From the human T2T-CHM13v2.0 reference genome, Homo sapiens: a stretch of DNA of 64,000 bases. The notes under the pieces are model-generated. The model ran no database searches and was not told the origin of the DNA. It worked only from the letters and a program-made list of their open reading frames with translations. The translations under genes were made by a program, and so were the position numbers. Numbering within the stretch: the first letter of the stretch is position 1; every line of letters starts with the position of its first letter. The DNA lies in the NCBI RefSeq assembly GCF_009914755.1, contig NC_060942.1. One strand, 5' to 3'. Positions 30,859-43,418 of this stretch are shown here, piece after piece.

Positions 30859-31763
30859 CAGATTCCCTCAATTTGTATTTGAGAAAGTCTTTGTTTTTCC
30901 TTCACTTTTGAGGGATAAATTCACAGGACACAGAATTCTAGGTTGGTGGCTTTTTCCTTCAACATAATGAATATTTCACTTCACTTTGTTCTTGTTTGAA
31001 TGGTTTCTGAGGAGAAGTGCAATGTAATTCTTATCCTCACTCCTCTGTAAGTAACGTGTTTTCCCCCCTTGGATTTTTTTTAAGACTTTATCTTTGTCTG
31101 CAATTTGAATATGATATTACTAGGTGTAGATTTTTTGGCATTTATCCTGCTTGGTGTTCTTTGAGCTTCCTGGATCTGTGGTTTCATAAAATTAGAAATC
31201 AGTAATAGAAAAATAACTGGAAAAATCCAAAATGTTTGGAAGATAAATGACATGCTTTAAACATTAGTTTTAGGAAATAGTTATTATTGCTTCAAATATT
31301 TCTTCTGTTCCTTTCTCCTCCTTCTTGTATTCCCATTACATGTAAGTTACACCTTTTGTAGTTGCCCCATGGTTTTGGGATATTCTGACATTTTGTGTGT
31401 TTTTGTTTTTGTTTTTGTCTTTTTTCTCTTTTCAGTTTTGGAGGTTTTTACTGAGATAATCTTCAAGCTCAGAGATTCTTTTCTCAACCATTTCCAGTCT
31501 GCTAATGAACTATCACAGGCGTTTTCATTCTGTTACAACGTTTTTTGTCTCTAGCGTTTCTTTTTTGGCTTTCTTAGAATTTCCATCTCTCTGCTTACAT
31601 TACCTATCTGTTCTTGCATGCTATCTACTTTATCAATTAGACATTAGAGCTCATAGCATACTAATCGTGGTTGTTTTAAATTCCCACTCTGTTAATTCCA
31701 ACGCCTCTGCCATATCAGAGTCTGGTTTTGTTGTTTGCTCTGTCTCTTCACACTGTTTTGTGT

Positions 31764-31800
<37 letters not shown>

Positions 31801-32092
31801 GAAGCTACACATGGTGTATTGAGTAACAGGAACTGTGGTAAATAGGCCTTTAGTAACATGGTGTAAGGTGTGGGGGGAGGGGAGGCACTCTGTAGTCATA
31901 TGATTAGGTCTTAGTCTATAGTGAACCTGTGCCTCTGGACTGTGGACTTCACAAATACTTCTCATTATTCCTCTCCCCCACCGTTAGTTGGGATAGGATG
32001 GCTAACGTGGGATGGAGTTGTATTTCTTCCCCCAGGTCAGTTAGGCTCTGACAAAAGTCTGGCAGGTTAGGTACTGGTAAACATAGCTTCTC

Positions 32093-32420
32093 TTTTTTTT
32101 TTTTAATTTAATTTTATTATTATTATACTTTAAGTTTTAGGGTACATGTGCACAATGTGCAGGTTAGTTACATATGTATACATGTGCCATGCTGGTGTGC
32201 TGCACCCATTAACTCGTCATTTAGCATTAGGTATATCTCCTAATGCTATCCCTCCCCCCTCCCCCCACCCCACAAGAGTCCCCAGAGTGTGATGTTCCCC
32301 TTCCTGTCTCCATGTGTTCTCATTGTTCATTTCCCACCTATGAGTGAGAATATGCGGTGTTTGGTTTTTTGTTCTTGCGATAGTTTACTGAGAATGATGA
32401 TTTCCAATTTCATCCATGTC
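32093..32420 (-). mobile_element. Young 5'-truncated L1PA2/3-like 3' end
   Basis: Near-consensus L1PA 3' UTR; perfect 14-bp TSD acatagcttctctt (32081 and 32421); GAG rather than ACA at the Ta-diagnostic site. Confidence 0.92.
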
Positions 32421-33434
32421 ACATAGCTTCTCTTAAGAGCAGGCTTTGTTAAGAACAGAACAAACCTGCTGACTGCTGATGTATTTCAGAGTGGCTACTT
32501 ACCAGTGCTTCTTGCTGGAGGCCTGAGGGGATTTGTCTCAAATCTTCTCTGTGAAAACCTGGTAGGGTTCCTGGAGGTAAAACTCACAAAACTGTGTGAG
32601 CCCCCTTAAAACTAATTCCCCCTGGAGTTTTTACCTCTAAGATGTGTCCACACTGAGCTCCAGCAGTTTGTCAGCTACAGTTTAGGTTTTCCTGGCTAGG
32701 TTCTGGCTCTCACAGAGGTTTCTGTTCATGAAGTTCAGCTCCAGTAAGTTGTGATTCTCTGTATTTACCTTTTGGTCTCTCCAATTTGGGGGGCAGTGGT
32801 TTGCCCTGTAGCCTCAGTTCTCCAACAAATCTAAGAAAAGTTATTAATTTTCAGTTTTTTCAGCTTTGACTTACTGTTAGGAAAAAGTTATGACTTCCAA
32901 ACTCCTTTCATGCCAGGCTAGAAACCACCAAGTCCTTTCTTTAAATTTTAATGATCTATTTATAGATATTCGTAAGAACCTTTAATTTAATTACTAAGGG
33001 CCTTTGAGATTCATGCAGTGCAAGTTTGGAGATTGGAGATTAAAATATTTTCGGCAAACCATTTGTTGTAAATCAAAATGGAAAATAAATTTACTTGTGT
33101 CTTTACATAAGATTGCAAAGAAAATTGTTTCAACTTTAGTTTTCCTACACAAAAGACTTTGTTTCATTAAGTTCACAAAGCTTTTCTGATAGTGTTCCAA
33201 GTTTTCACTTGAAAAAAGTAAGGTCTGAAACGGGAGGCTCAAAAGAGGGAGAAAGAAAAAGAGAGAAACAAACTATTACTTATCGACAATCCTAACAGAG
33301 TCTCTTTCTTGATGTAACCCTTTCAGCCATCTGTAGTTATGGACAAAAGCATTTGACCTGTACAGGCATACATTGATTTACTGTGCTTCACTTTATGGCT
33401 CTTTTGGGTATATTGTATTTTTAATCAATTGAAA

Positions 33435-33557
33435 GGCTACTGGGGAGGCTGAGGTAGGAGAATGGCGTGAACTCAGGAGGCAGAGCTTATAGTGAGCCGA
33501 GATCGCACCACTGCACTCCAGCCTGGGTGACAGAGCAAGACTCTGTCTCAAAAATAA
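33435..33557 (+). mobile_element. 5'-truncated Alu (right arm)
   Basis: gctactggggaggctgaggtaggagaatggcgtgaac...gactctgtctcaaaaa; TSD aattgaaag. Confidence 0.9.
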
Positions 33558-33736
33558 AGAGAGAGAGAGAGAGAGAGAGGGAGGGAGGGAGGGGAGGAGA
33601 GAGAGAGAGAGAGAGGAAGGAAGGAAGGAAGGAAGGAAGGAAGGAAGGAAGGAAGGAAGGAAGGAAGGAAGGAAAGAAGGAAAGAAAGAAAGAAATTGAA
33701 AGTTTGTGGCAACCTGCATGGAGAGAGAGAGAGAGG

Positions 33737-33778
<42 letters not shown>

Positions 33779-33893
33779 AAGAAAGAAAGAAAGAAAGAAA
33801 AAGAAAGAGAGAAAGAGAGAAAGAAAGAAGGAAAGAAGAGAAAGAAAGAAATTGAAAGTTTGTGGCAACCCGCGAGGGAGGGAGGGAGAGAGA

Positions 33894-33962
<69 letters not shown>

Positions 33963-34008
33963 AAGAAAGAAAAGAAAGAAAGAAAGAAATTGAAAGTTTG
34001 TGGCAACC
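33558..34008. repeat. Compound (GA)n/(GGGA)n/(GGAA)n/(GAAA)n array punctuated by three copies of aaattgaaagtttgtggcaacc
   Basis: Cores start at 33693, 33849 and 33987. Confidence 0.97.
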
Positions 34009-34172
34009 CTCATGGAGCAGGTCTGTCAGCACCGTTTTTCCTACAGCATGTGCTCACTTTCTGTCCCTGTGTCAACAGCTTTGTGTAAAGCATTGGCTAG
34101 GCACTTTTAAACTTTTTCAAAGCATATTGAACTTGGGGGTGATAGATGATGTATATTTGAAAGCAATTTGGT

Positions 34173-34500
34173 GGCCAGGCGCAGTGGCTCATGCCTGTAA
34201 TCCCAGTACTTTGGGAGGCCGAGGCGAGCGGATCACCTGAGGTCAGGAGTTTGAGACGAGCCTGGCCAACATGGCGAAACCCCACCTCTACTAAAAATAC
34301 AAAAATACAAAAAAATTAGCTGGGTGTGGTGGCTCACACCTGTAGTCTCAACTACTTGTTAGGCTGAGGCACGAGAATCACTTGAACCTGGGTGGCGGAG
34401 GTTGCAGTGAGTCAAGATTGTGCCACTGCACTCCAGCCTGGGATGACAAAATGAGACTCTGTCTCAACAAAAAATAAAAAATTAAAATTAAAAATTAAAG
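34173..34500 (+). mobile_element. Alu (AluS-like)
   Basis: Dimeric Alu; TSD tgaaagcaatttggt. Confidence 0.93.
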
Positions 34501-37184
34501 AAAATGAAAGCAATTTGGTGATAATTATATTATAACTTCCTTCAGTTCCAATACAATGACATTTCCAAAGTGCTGTTATTGATGAAAAACAAAAGTGCCC
34601 ACAAACATGCTTTATTTGGGCTGTGTAGTGATTTATTTTTAAATTTGAATTATTTGACAACACGTAAAAATTAAGAGTTGATATAAAGTCGGGTCTAGTT
34701 TCTCCTGAAACTTGAAATGACTTGAACCTCCATGGGGCATCAGTGTGCAGGAGCTGAGTTACTGTTCCCCTCCAGCTCTCCACAACCCTTTATTGTCTTA
34801 CACTGTCTTCCTCCACTTATATTACTTGCCTGGTCCCAGGGAGACATTCATGTTTATGACATCTGCTGAAAGTAAAAAGGTGTCTAATGTGTAGGGTTAA
34901 TGCATGAAGGCTTGCAGAAGACATTGAGAACTGGGTTTAGAAGGTGGTTCACAGACATACAGTATGTCCTATGGATATGAGCTTAATGTTGTGGTGTCTG
35001 CCTGGACCTCTGTTTGATTTGAGCATGCTCTCACAGTCTTTACAGGGCTTCTTTTGTGCTTAAAGATCAGCAATTAAGTGATGAGTGTGACATCACTGAA
35101 ATTAGTTTATGCACGTGGAGGATTAGAAGGGAGAAAGAATTTTTCCAGTACAAGCATAGCTTTTATTGGCACATATATCCCTCCCAGCCAACCACACAAG
35201 AAGCACAGTACCTGTCATTTCCTAACCTTTAGGATTAGAGGAATTCAAGCAAGAAAAGGCAAAGAGGAAAGCCTAGTAAAGTTCACAATGCTTCTCTTTA
35301 TAGGCAGAACAAAAAAGAATATTGAGGCAATTACTGGCATAAATCAGTCCAAAGCAAATCAAAGAAATTCAAGCAAAAAGAAGGCATTTTGCCTGAATTA
35401 TGGAGCTAATGATCTCAGTCCTCCACTTCAGTGTTCCTGAGGAGACCTGGCCTGAGAATGTTTTTCCAGTGATCTGGCAGATTCAGAAGTGAAGAGAAAA
35501 TGTATTATTGTAAGTGCAGCTATGGAGATGGAGTCCAGTGCTGCCTCTGTCCAGAACATGTGTTGAGAACACCCAGGCTCAACTAGCATGGCTAGCTGGG
35601 AGGAGAGAGGCTCTAGAAGGGATGATCATGATCCCCACGGGGCAAGAGAGGGGTGGTGTCAGTGCCCAGAGGAGTCATGCTGGCTCATCTTTCAAAATCT
35701 TTGTAGCTTTAACACTGTCAGAGATGTTATAAGTAATTTTCATTTTTCTGTTTAAAAATATGTCTCTTTTCTAACAGCTTTTAGCAATAAAAAGGCAACT
35801 TATTAATGAAACCCTTCTGCCTTCAAAGTATGAAATTAAAATATTATTGTAACTACAGGCAAGAAAGCATTTGGATTATGTGTCATTTAGAAATGGTAAT
35901 AAAGATTATCCGTATGGTCTTATGTTGTCAGTGCCTTACATTGCATTAGCAATCACCTAATATGAGTGTGATTTTGATTATGTGGTTCATTTTAAATTCT
36001 GTGTCCTAGGTCAATCAGTGTCAAGATGATTTACTAGAAGGAGGTGCGGTTTTCTTTCATAGATGCTGTTAAGTGCTTGGGCACAATTAGAATATTTTAG
36101 GGCATAGTATATTTGGTATTATCGTGCTGTGGGTGTTCTTAAACCTTCTCACTGTATACCTTCTCCTTAGGCATCTCTAATTCTCATCTTGTCTGTCTTG
36201 GGTACACAAAACAATCTCTGGTAGCAAGATCTATAAAAATTTGTGTTACCTGTTTATTTATGTTAGTTTCCCTTTAAGTCTTCTGGCTTTTGTACAGGTG
36301 TCAGTCATTTTAGATGTTGAGTTTTTGATGGTCAGCGAGCAGGATGCAGAGGCCAGGATTAACCTATGTCTCCAAAAGAATTAGAAATCTCTCTGCTTTT
36401 TTTTCATTCTCTTCCACTGAAAGAGGGAACAAAGAAGCCTTACTCCTGCTGAACGTTGCAGGGAACCCAGCGACATGACATTTTTTAACCTTCTGCTCTG
36501 TAGGGGTTGACAAAACTTGATGGGAACTAATCTGGGTTCATTTGGGATTTGGGACAGGGTCATAGCCTTTTGAGAATTCAGTACCTTCCCCTTGATCCTC
36601 CTACAGCCTGAGCTCTCTGAGCTTTGTAGGTTCTGTGTCAGGTTCTGCTCCCTGTATGAACATACTCCAATTATACGTTCTTGACTCCTCACCTAGTTCT
36701 GTTCTTTAGTTTTAACAATGTGCCTTTTAGATTCATCTGTTATTTCATTTTTGCTTGGAAAATATTTACTCAAGGGAGTCTTCTCTTTGACACTGTATAT
36801 GGTGATGTTGACAATAATTTCGTAAAAACTTAGTAACTCTAGGAGTGTAACAATTAGATTATGATTGTGTTGTACTAGAATCATTGGTCATTTTAATCTA
36901 GCTTATAATAGGAGAAACAGTGTTTTAGGCTGTGGTGTTTTATCTTTCTGGTTGTTTGGGGTTTTTTATTTTGTTTTGTTTTTTGAGGATAGACAGTACC
37001 TGTTTTTCATCTCTGTGTCTGCAGCCTGGCAGAGTGCTTGCCACAAATAAGGCACTATACATCCATCTCTGAATGAATAGGATTAATTCAGTAGATGTTA
37101 TTCCTGAACATCTGTCAATATACATGCCAAAGCTCTGTATCCCGTTCAAATGCATGCCTACATAATTGAATTCTTTATCCTAAG

Positions 37185-37336
37185 GAAACTGGCCAAGAAG
37201 CGGAAAGAGACCATGAGCAGCACCCGACAGGAGATGACTGTGATGGTGAACTCAATGGACAAGAGCTATGCTGAGCAGGGCACAAACTGCGACGAGGCTT
37301 TCTCATTCATGGACACGCACAATCTGAATGGGAGAT
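37185..37336 (+). CDS. PTPRM: PTPRM coding exon (152 nt), first cytoplasmic juxtamembrane exon: (R)KLAKKRKETMSSTRQEMTVMVNSMDKSYAEQGTNCDEAFSFMDTHNLNGR(S)
   Basis: Acceptor ttctttatcctaag|G, donor AGAT|gtaagt; enters in phase 2 and exits in phase 1. Peptide recognised as PTP-mu juxtamembrane sequence (inside ORF 37150..37515). Confidence 0.97.
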
Positions 37337-40300
37337 GTAAGTGCATATGTTTCTTGGCTTCTAACACATCTCCTTGGTTTTGCAAGATTCCAGGTGGTAC
37401 TAGGGGATTTCAAAAAAAAAAAAAGCTTCCTGAAGAAATTTTTATGCCGTGTTGGTTTCTTCAGTCATTTTCAGTGATCCTTTGTGCCACAGGTTGCTTA
37501 GCAGAGATGTTCTAAAGGTGATAGGACCAGATCAGAGAGTCCAGAAAACCACAGTGCAGTTTCTGTAAAGATTTAGAGAGCAGTGACACGAGGCTTTCCT
37601 TCTTTTGAGGAAGAAGGCACCTGCTTCTCATCATCCTTCTTGTTGTTTAGATCCCATTTGTAAACTATCCAGGTGTGGAATTACACATGGGAAGCCTGTT
37701 ATAAAAACAGTTCACTAAATGGCAGTAACAAGTTAATTGTTTATTTGTTTAGATGACAGGTTCTGCCTTTATTATAGGGCTGTCAGTGTCAATTAATAAA
37801 TTAAACTCTATTTCAGCTTCACAAGTCTTATGCTTCATACCAGGTGTGTAAACCAACCTCAGCTACTGCCTTCCCATACTACTACCTGTGATCCAGGTAG
37901 AAGGCATTATTTTAGGAAACTAACAATTAGATTGATTATATCAAGCACAAAAGGAGTAGTTGCTTTGTCCCTGGTAATCTCGGAGACCAGAGGGAGATAC
38001 CTCACTCTGTGGTTTAGGGCACACTTTGGTGAGTTCAAGGTCGGGGGTTTCTTTACTGTGTGAAATCTGTGCCTCAGGCCTGAGCTGCATAACCAGGATT
38101 CTGGTCAGCATGGGGATGGAATTAAAGTGCAGCTATTCCTGTTACAAAAAAATAATCGTAGTATTTTAAAGGCCGGTGGGCCTTGTGGCTGTGAGGAGCA
38201 CAGAAATGGCATCTGGCGTGGGGCGACTGGGAGCAGTTTGGACGGTGTGGGCTCATGTCCTAATACCCACTGTGGTCAGTGTGGTACTGCAGCTCCCCTC
38301 CACTCCTCCTCTTCCAGATCACAGTGTGGTCAATGCACGTGCCTGTCCCTGAGCTTTGCGTTTCTCGTACACGCGGCTGAGCTCCGAATTCAGTCTTACA
38401 TTTTTCTGCTTGTAGCGGCTGCAGTTGTCCCACTTCATCCTCCTCCATCAGTTTGTACTACACACACACATGGCCCAGTGGAGCATGCACAGGTGCTGCT
38501 TTGGCACCAATGGGCAGGGCAGCACTGTTGCTTTCATCCTTGATCTTCTTTCTTTACCCTTTCCTGTCATTTTCAGTGCAGGAAATAGAAGCTATGGGGT
38601 CTCAGTGTACCCAAGCTCCTTCCCATTTTTTCATAGAGTTCTCTCTGCTTTTTTTGTGGCAGATATAATGTTTTTCATTTAAAAATATGTATGTATAATT
38701 TATTTAACTGCCATAAGAAAGCAACCTATGATGCATTCGTTGTGGGCTGGAATTGGAGAAGCCCTTTTGGCCACACACAGGATTAGAATTTTTGTAGTAG
38801 CAGGTATTCCTTGAAGGGGACCACACAGATACATCTTCATTTTGCAGTATAACCCATTAACGTTCCAAATCTTCTATTTCATGGTGAAATTCCTCAAGAA
38901 TCAATTTACTTAGAATCACTCATCCCAAAAGCAAGAATCTTCTTTAGTAGTTCTAGGTGTTTGAAGTTTGAACAACAAGAATATTCACTTCTGGACAGGA
39001 AGTTTAATTTGGCAGTTACTTTTTTGAAAGTGAATGTATCTGTGGAAATCCAAAAATGTTCATGTACAAACGGCAGCTGCAGAGGCCAACGGAGCTTCCA
39101 CAACTGATCGGCTATTAGACGTTATTTTTTGCCTTCCTTCAATAAAGCCAACAGAAGGAACACAGCAGTAGACTTTCCATTTTCCTCCCACTCTGAGCAA
39201 TGAGTTCTCATCAGATCTCATCTGATAGGAGCGACCCTAGAGGTAGATATCATAATACTGTCTTGATGTCTTTGAAATAAGACAGCAGTTTCTGGGGAGG
39301 AAACCTTCAGGAAAGATGTTCCTTAGACCACAAGGCTGCCAGCACCACACCTATGACAAGTGTGGGTATGCATGAGCTCTTTCAGGGTTGGGAGAAAGTG
39401 CTGGAAGTTGTGAAGTGAGCAGTTTTTAGAAATGAGACAAGGGGAAAAACGAAATAGGAGAATTTAAAAATAAGCATGACCACAGTTATGAGAATGGGGA
39501 TTAATCTCTCCAGCAAAGCAAGTATGAGTTGCACTATCTGCTTTAATATGCTATAAAAAGGGGAGAATAGATACAGGTAGTGGGAATGGGTTTAGTTTTT
39601 ATGCTAGAAGATGAAAATATTTTTAAAATATTTTGACAGGAAGGTGAAGATAAACACAGTTATTTTATATCTGCTGTGCACATCTTTACCAACCACATAA
39701 AAATGTCTGCAGCTAATAAAAAGGCTTTATTCTCACTGACCCTGGCATATTTTATTGGTACTCATTTTTTTCATTCTTATTTTCATCCATTGTGCTCTTT
39801 TTCCAGGCTTCTTACCATAAACATGCGTTGTAAGTGTGATACATTTCTATTTTGTAAAAATACCTGTAAATGACAGGCAGCCTGAGTTCTGGTCTTTGTT
39901 CTGTCACGTACTGATTCTACACTTTAAAAATATAAACACAGGTAAATGCACTCTCCTAAACGGACTGCTCCTGGAGAGTTAAAATATATTAATATGTCAT
40001 CAGAATAATTACCCAGTATGCACAGGGATTTGGTCATGCTTCCCATAAATATAATGGTATAATTGTGTCTTAGTGTCCTGATGAGGAACTTAGCATCAAA
40101 CAGATCATGTAACTACATCAGAGGAGTTACAATTTAGACTTAAGTTTAACCACCTTGAGCAACTTTCAAGTCTTTATACTTTAATGAAATTAAACTGTTT
40201 TAAAAACACTAATCAATTAATACATTTGAAGAGGTTTTTTTTTACTTAAAAAAATTATTCTATCAAGGCTCTGTCATCCATGAAGAGCGTTTTAAAATGT

Positions 40301-40971
40301 CTCTTAAAATTAGGAAATACCCATTTTTAATGAAATCAGATAAATTGGATGGGATTGACTATCCTGCTTGATAAAAGAGAGGAAGAGAAGGTGCAATAAT
40401 TCAGTCTTGAGTGTTTCAGAGGAATATTTTAAAGAAGAGCATTTTTGTAAGGATTTAAAATACTAAGGAACACGCATGGAGCACCACCTTTGTTTTTCAT
40501 AAAGCATTGTGGAGTATTCTCTGCATATCCAAATATGAGCAAGGAGAGGATTTAGCAAACTATGGGAACATTGACATTGGGAATCGTCTCCAAAAGCCAT
40601 GTGTAGACACCTTCTTCTACTTTTACTTGTAAAATTCAGCTTGGCCTGAGAGCAGATTTCTATAAGCAAAGGGCAGAAGTCAAAATAGAAGTCTGATGAA
40701 TTTCTCTATCCAAAATGGTGGCTGTGGTTGTGGGCTTTCTCTTTATTTGTGGGGTAAGAAAAGTCTTTAAGTGACGAAAGGTTGCTTGTCTTCTAAAGGA
40801 TAAGTAAGTACTCAGAAACAACTGGGAATGATGATATTTCCCACATAGACATCAGTGAGTCCCGGAGTCACCGTGGGTAGCATGGAGTCACCATGGGTGG
40901 TCTCAGAGCATTGTGTGTTCAGAGTGTATTACCTCTCTGCTGCCCCTGACCAGCCTCTCTTTTATTTACAG

Positions 40972-41046
40972 CTGTGTCTTCACCATCGTCCTTCACAATG
41001 AAAACAAATACACTGAGCACATCGGTGCCTAATTCCTATTACCCAG
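40972..41046 (+). CDS. PTPRM: PTPRM coding exon (75 nt): (S)VSSPSSFTMKTNTLSTSVPNSYYP
   Basis: Acceptor ctctcttttatttacag|CT, donor CCAG|gtaaca; phase 1-1, joins the previous exon as T+CT=Ser. Confidence 0.96.
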
Positions 41047-41276
41047 GTAACAGTTTTTTCCATTGTCTCCTCTCTGCTCTCTCCTCAGCAGTCAGAATCA
41101 CTCCGCCCTCTCTCTGCTATCCCTGGTGCTTGAGGGGCTTACTGTGTTTGAGATGTTGTAACCCAATGCGTTTCTACAGCTTTCTATGCAGAAAATAGGG
41201 GTGGGCATTCATCAATCATTTACTGTTCTTTCTCTTTTTACTTTCTCTGCATTGACCTGCTTACGGTGTATGACAG

Positions 41277-41303
41277 ACCCATTTGTGCCAACTGCAATTT
41301 TAG
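41277..41303 (+). CDS. PTPRM: PTPRM 27-nt microexon: (D)PFVPTAIL
   Basis: Long pyrimidine tract then tgacag|AC, donor TTAG|gtgaga; phase 1-1, no stop. Matches the first part of the DPFVPTAILVPIN insert recalled from the long PTP-mu isoform. Confidence 0.92.
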   Translation, partial: THLCQLQF

Positions 41304-43375
41304 GTGAGAACATTTCCCTTTACCACAGTTTATTGCAGGAGTAATTTAGAAAGTCAGTGACCACTCTGTAGGAGATTGGAGTTTTAATTCTGTATAATGC
41401 AGTGATTATAAGCACGACATGTGGGAGGTGGGTGGCCTGGGTCATGGGGTTAAAGGAAAAAGAGACTTTTCTCTAAACAGTCGCCATTAATAAGAGGGGT
41501 TTGCTGCATGTATCTTGGGGATGATACCAACAGGTTCAAATGAACAATCTCAGCCCCAATATTCTCCCTTTCTGTGTTCAGAATTTAAAGTTAGGTCTGA
41601 TCCCAGGGGAAAAAAACAAGGTGTCATCACTCAGCTGTGTACTTTCCAAGAGCTGAATTCTGTCTAGTGTGATAGTCATAAAAGTGAAAATAGCTTCTCA
41701 TTATTTTCACTTATTGCTAAGCACTAAAAACTTCAATTTTAAAAGTAGCGTTTTTCTAATTATGCCAAATGTCATGCAGAAAAATGATCACAATGGACTT
41801 CTGGCCCTCTACCCATCCTCGGTGCCACTCAGGGCACCCCACCCCCCCACCAACATTCCAAAGTGTCTGTCACACAGTGGAATTTCAAAGGAGCTGATGA
41901 TCTGAACAGCAAAATGACAAGATGGCACTTATAATCATATGCTTTATTATGTGTCAGATGTCACTAGAAATGAACTAAGGTGTTAGCCCGGTGGGGCAGA
42001 ATGCATTTAAAGTATGAAATATTCCCAGCAGGGGGTTACAGAAAAAGTCCCGTTTGTCCAATATAAGAAGGGTGAGGAGAAAAATGGCATTACCTGGCTG
42101 TGATAACCAAACAAGCATGAGCTGCTGTTGCATTTGAGACGCATAAATAACCTGAGTGTATCACGGCTGTGTTCTCTTTCTACTACTAACCTTTCCGAAA
42201 AGGAGCACAACAAAAACGACTTCAAGGTATATAACAATTCATTGTAGCAAGAGTTCCACCCTCAGTTGTTCGACTTCTCCTTCCTAATTCACTTGACAAG
42301 GGTTTATATCTTTCCAACATGATTTTTCCCCCCTCTGCTTCTCTTTTCTCTAAGTTGTTACGATTTTTGTATAGAAGGTAATTTTTATTTTCCTAATGGT
42401 GTTCTGTGGGCTTAAGCAAGTTTGTTGCCTAAGGAAAAAATGAATTAAGATAGAACTTTAAGAATGGATATAAAACAGAGTTTTTAAATTTTGCATCATT
42501 CTGAGGGCTAACAAAGCCCACTAAACCCTCCCTGCCCACACACTTTTAATACCAATTAAAAGGGGAAGAAAATTGCATTTTATTCTTTTCATAAGTGAGG
42601 GGCACAGGCTAATCTTAGGCACCAGAACAATGTAATCTACATACAAATGACATTTGCAGAATCTTTTGATAGGCGAAGATTTGCGATTTCTTCATGTGCT
42701 GTGGCATTCATTCTGAGGTTCCTCTAGTAGATTTTCTGACCTTGGGGGAGCCGTGAGTGGGGAGGGCTAAAACGTGCCTTGTCAGAAGGAAGAAAATGTT
42801 CAGATTTCACAGCAGGGTTAAGACAAGCTTATTAAACAAATATCATTCTTTAAAGTCGCTGCTTTGTTATTATGAACATTAATGACATCTTTTAAAGTTG
42901 ATTAGTTTTCTTTACTGAAAGGGAATCACTTGGACAGACAATTCAAGTAGCAAAAATGATGCACATTGTAAAAAATAAGTCACCCAGATAGACCAATAAC
43001 TGTTATCATGTATGGCTTATATAGGTACCAAATGGTAGTACTTGGGAACTGCATTCCTTACACGTTACTTGGTGCAAATGTGAATCTATGTATTGAGTAA
43101 CAAGGATTGGTGAGGTTAGCACTTGAAACCACGGAAGAATTTAAGATATATATATCTACTCTGGCAGTTTTGGGGGATAGTAGCAGTTATAATTTACACA
43201 AAGACAACAAGAAATGTCTTGCTGTGAGTCAGAGCTCAGCACAATTAAATTCTCTGGCACCTTCAGCTCCACCTCTCTCATGCTAAGATGCCCAGCCCTA
43301 ATGTATAGAGCTGGAGTATATCTTTACTTCATTTGCTTGCAAAAATGTAGATGATTAAATGGATGGTTGGATAGC

Positions 43376-43418
43376 TGGATGGATGGATGGATGGATGGAT
43401 CGATAGATAGACAGACAG
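43376..43418. repeat. Compound tetranucleotide STR (GGAT)n(AGAT)n(AGAC)n
   Basis: Seen directly. Confidence 0.9.

Larger units (their letters stand above)
33363..34118 (+). mobile_element. Tigger1 5' end, interrupted by a truncated Alu and a purine repeat array
   Basis: ta|caggcatac...aattgaaag, resuming tttgtggcaaccc...ttttcctacagcatgtgctcactt. Confidence 0.8.

Noticed and set aside
33693-34008. Repeat-spacer-repeat pattern resembling a CRISPR array
   Set aside because: Eukaryotic intron; the spacers are microsatellite, the repeat is Tigger1/TSD sequence, and there are no cas genes.
33393-34240. Long ORFs (up to 257 aa) on both strands
   Set aside because: Low-complexity ER/SL translations of the stop-free GA microsatellite plus Alu; not genes.
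37337-37515. ORF extensions beyond exon donors (also 41047-41198 and 46542-46667)
   Set aside because: Chance read-through into introns past clear GT donors.
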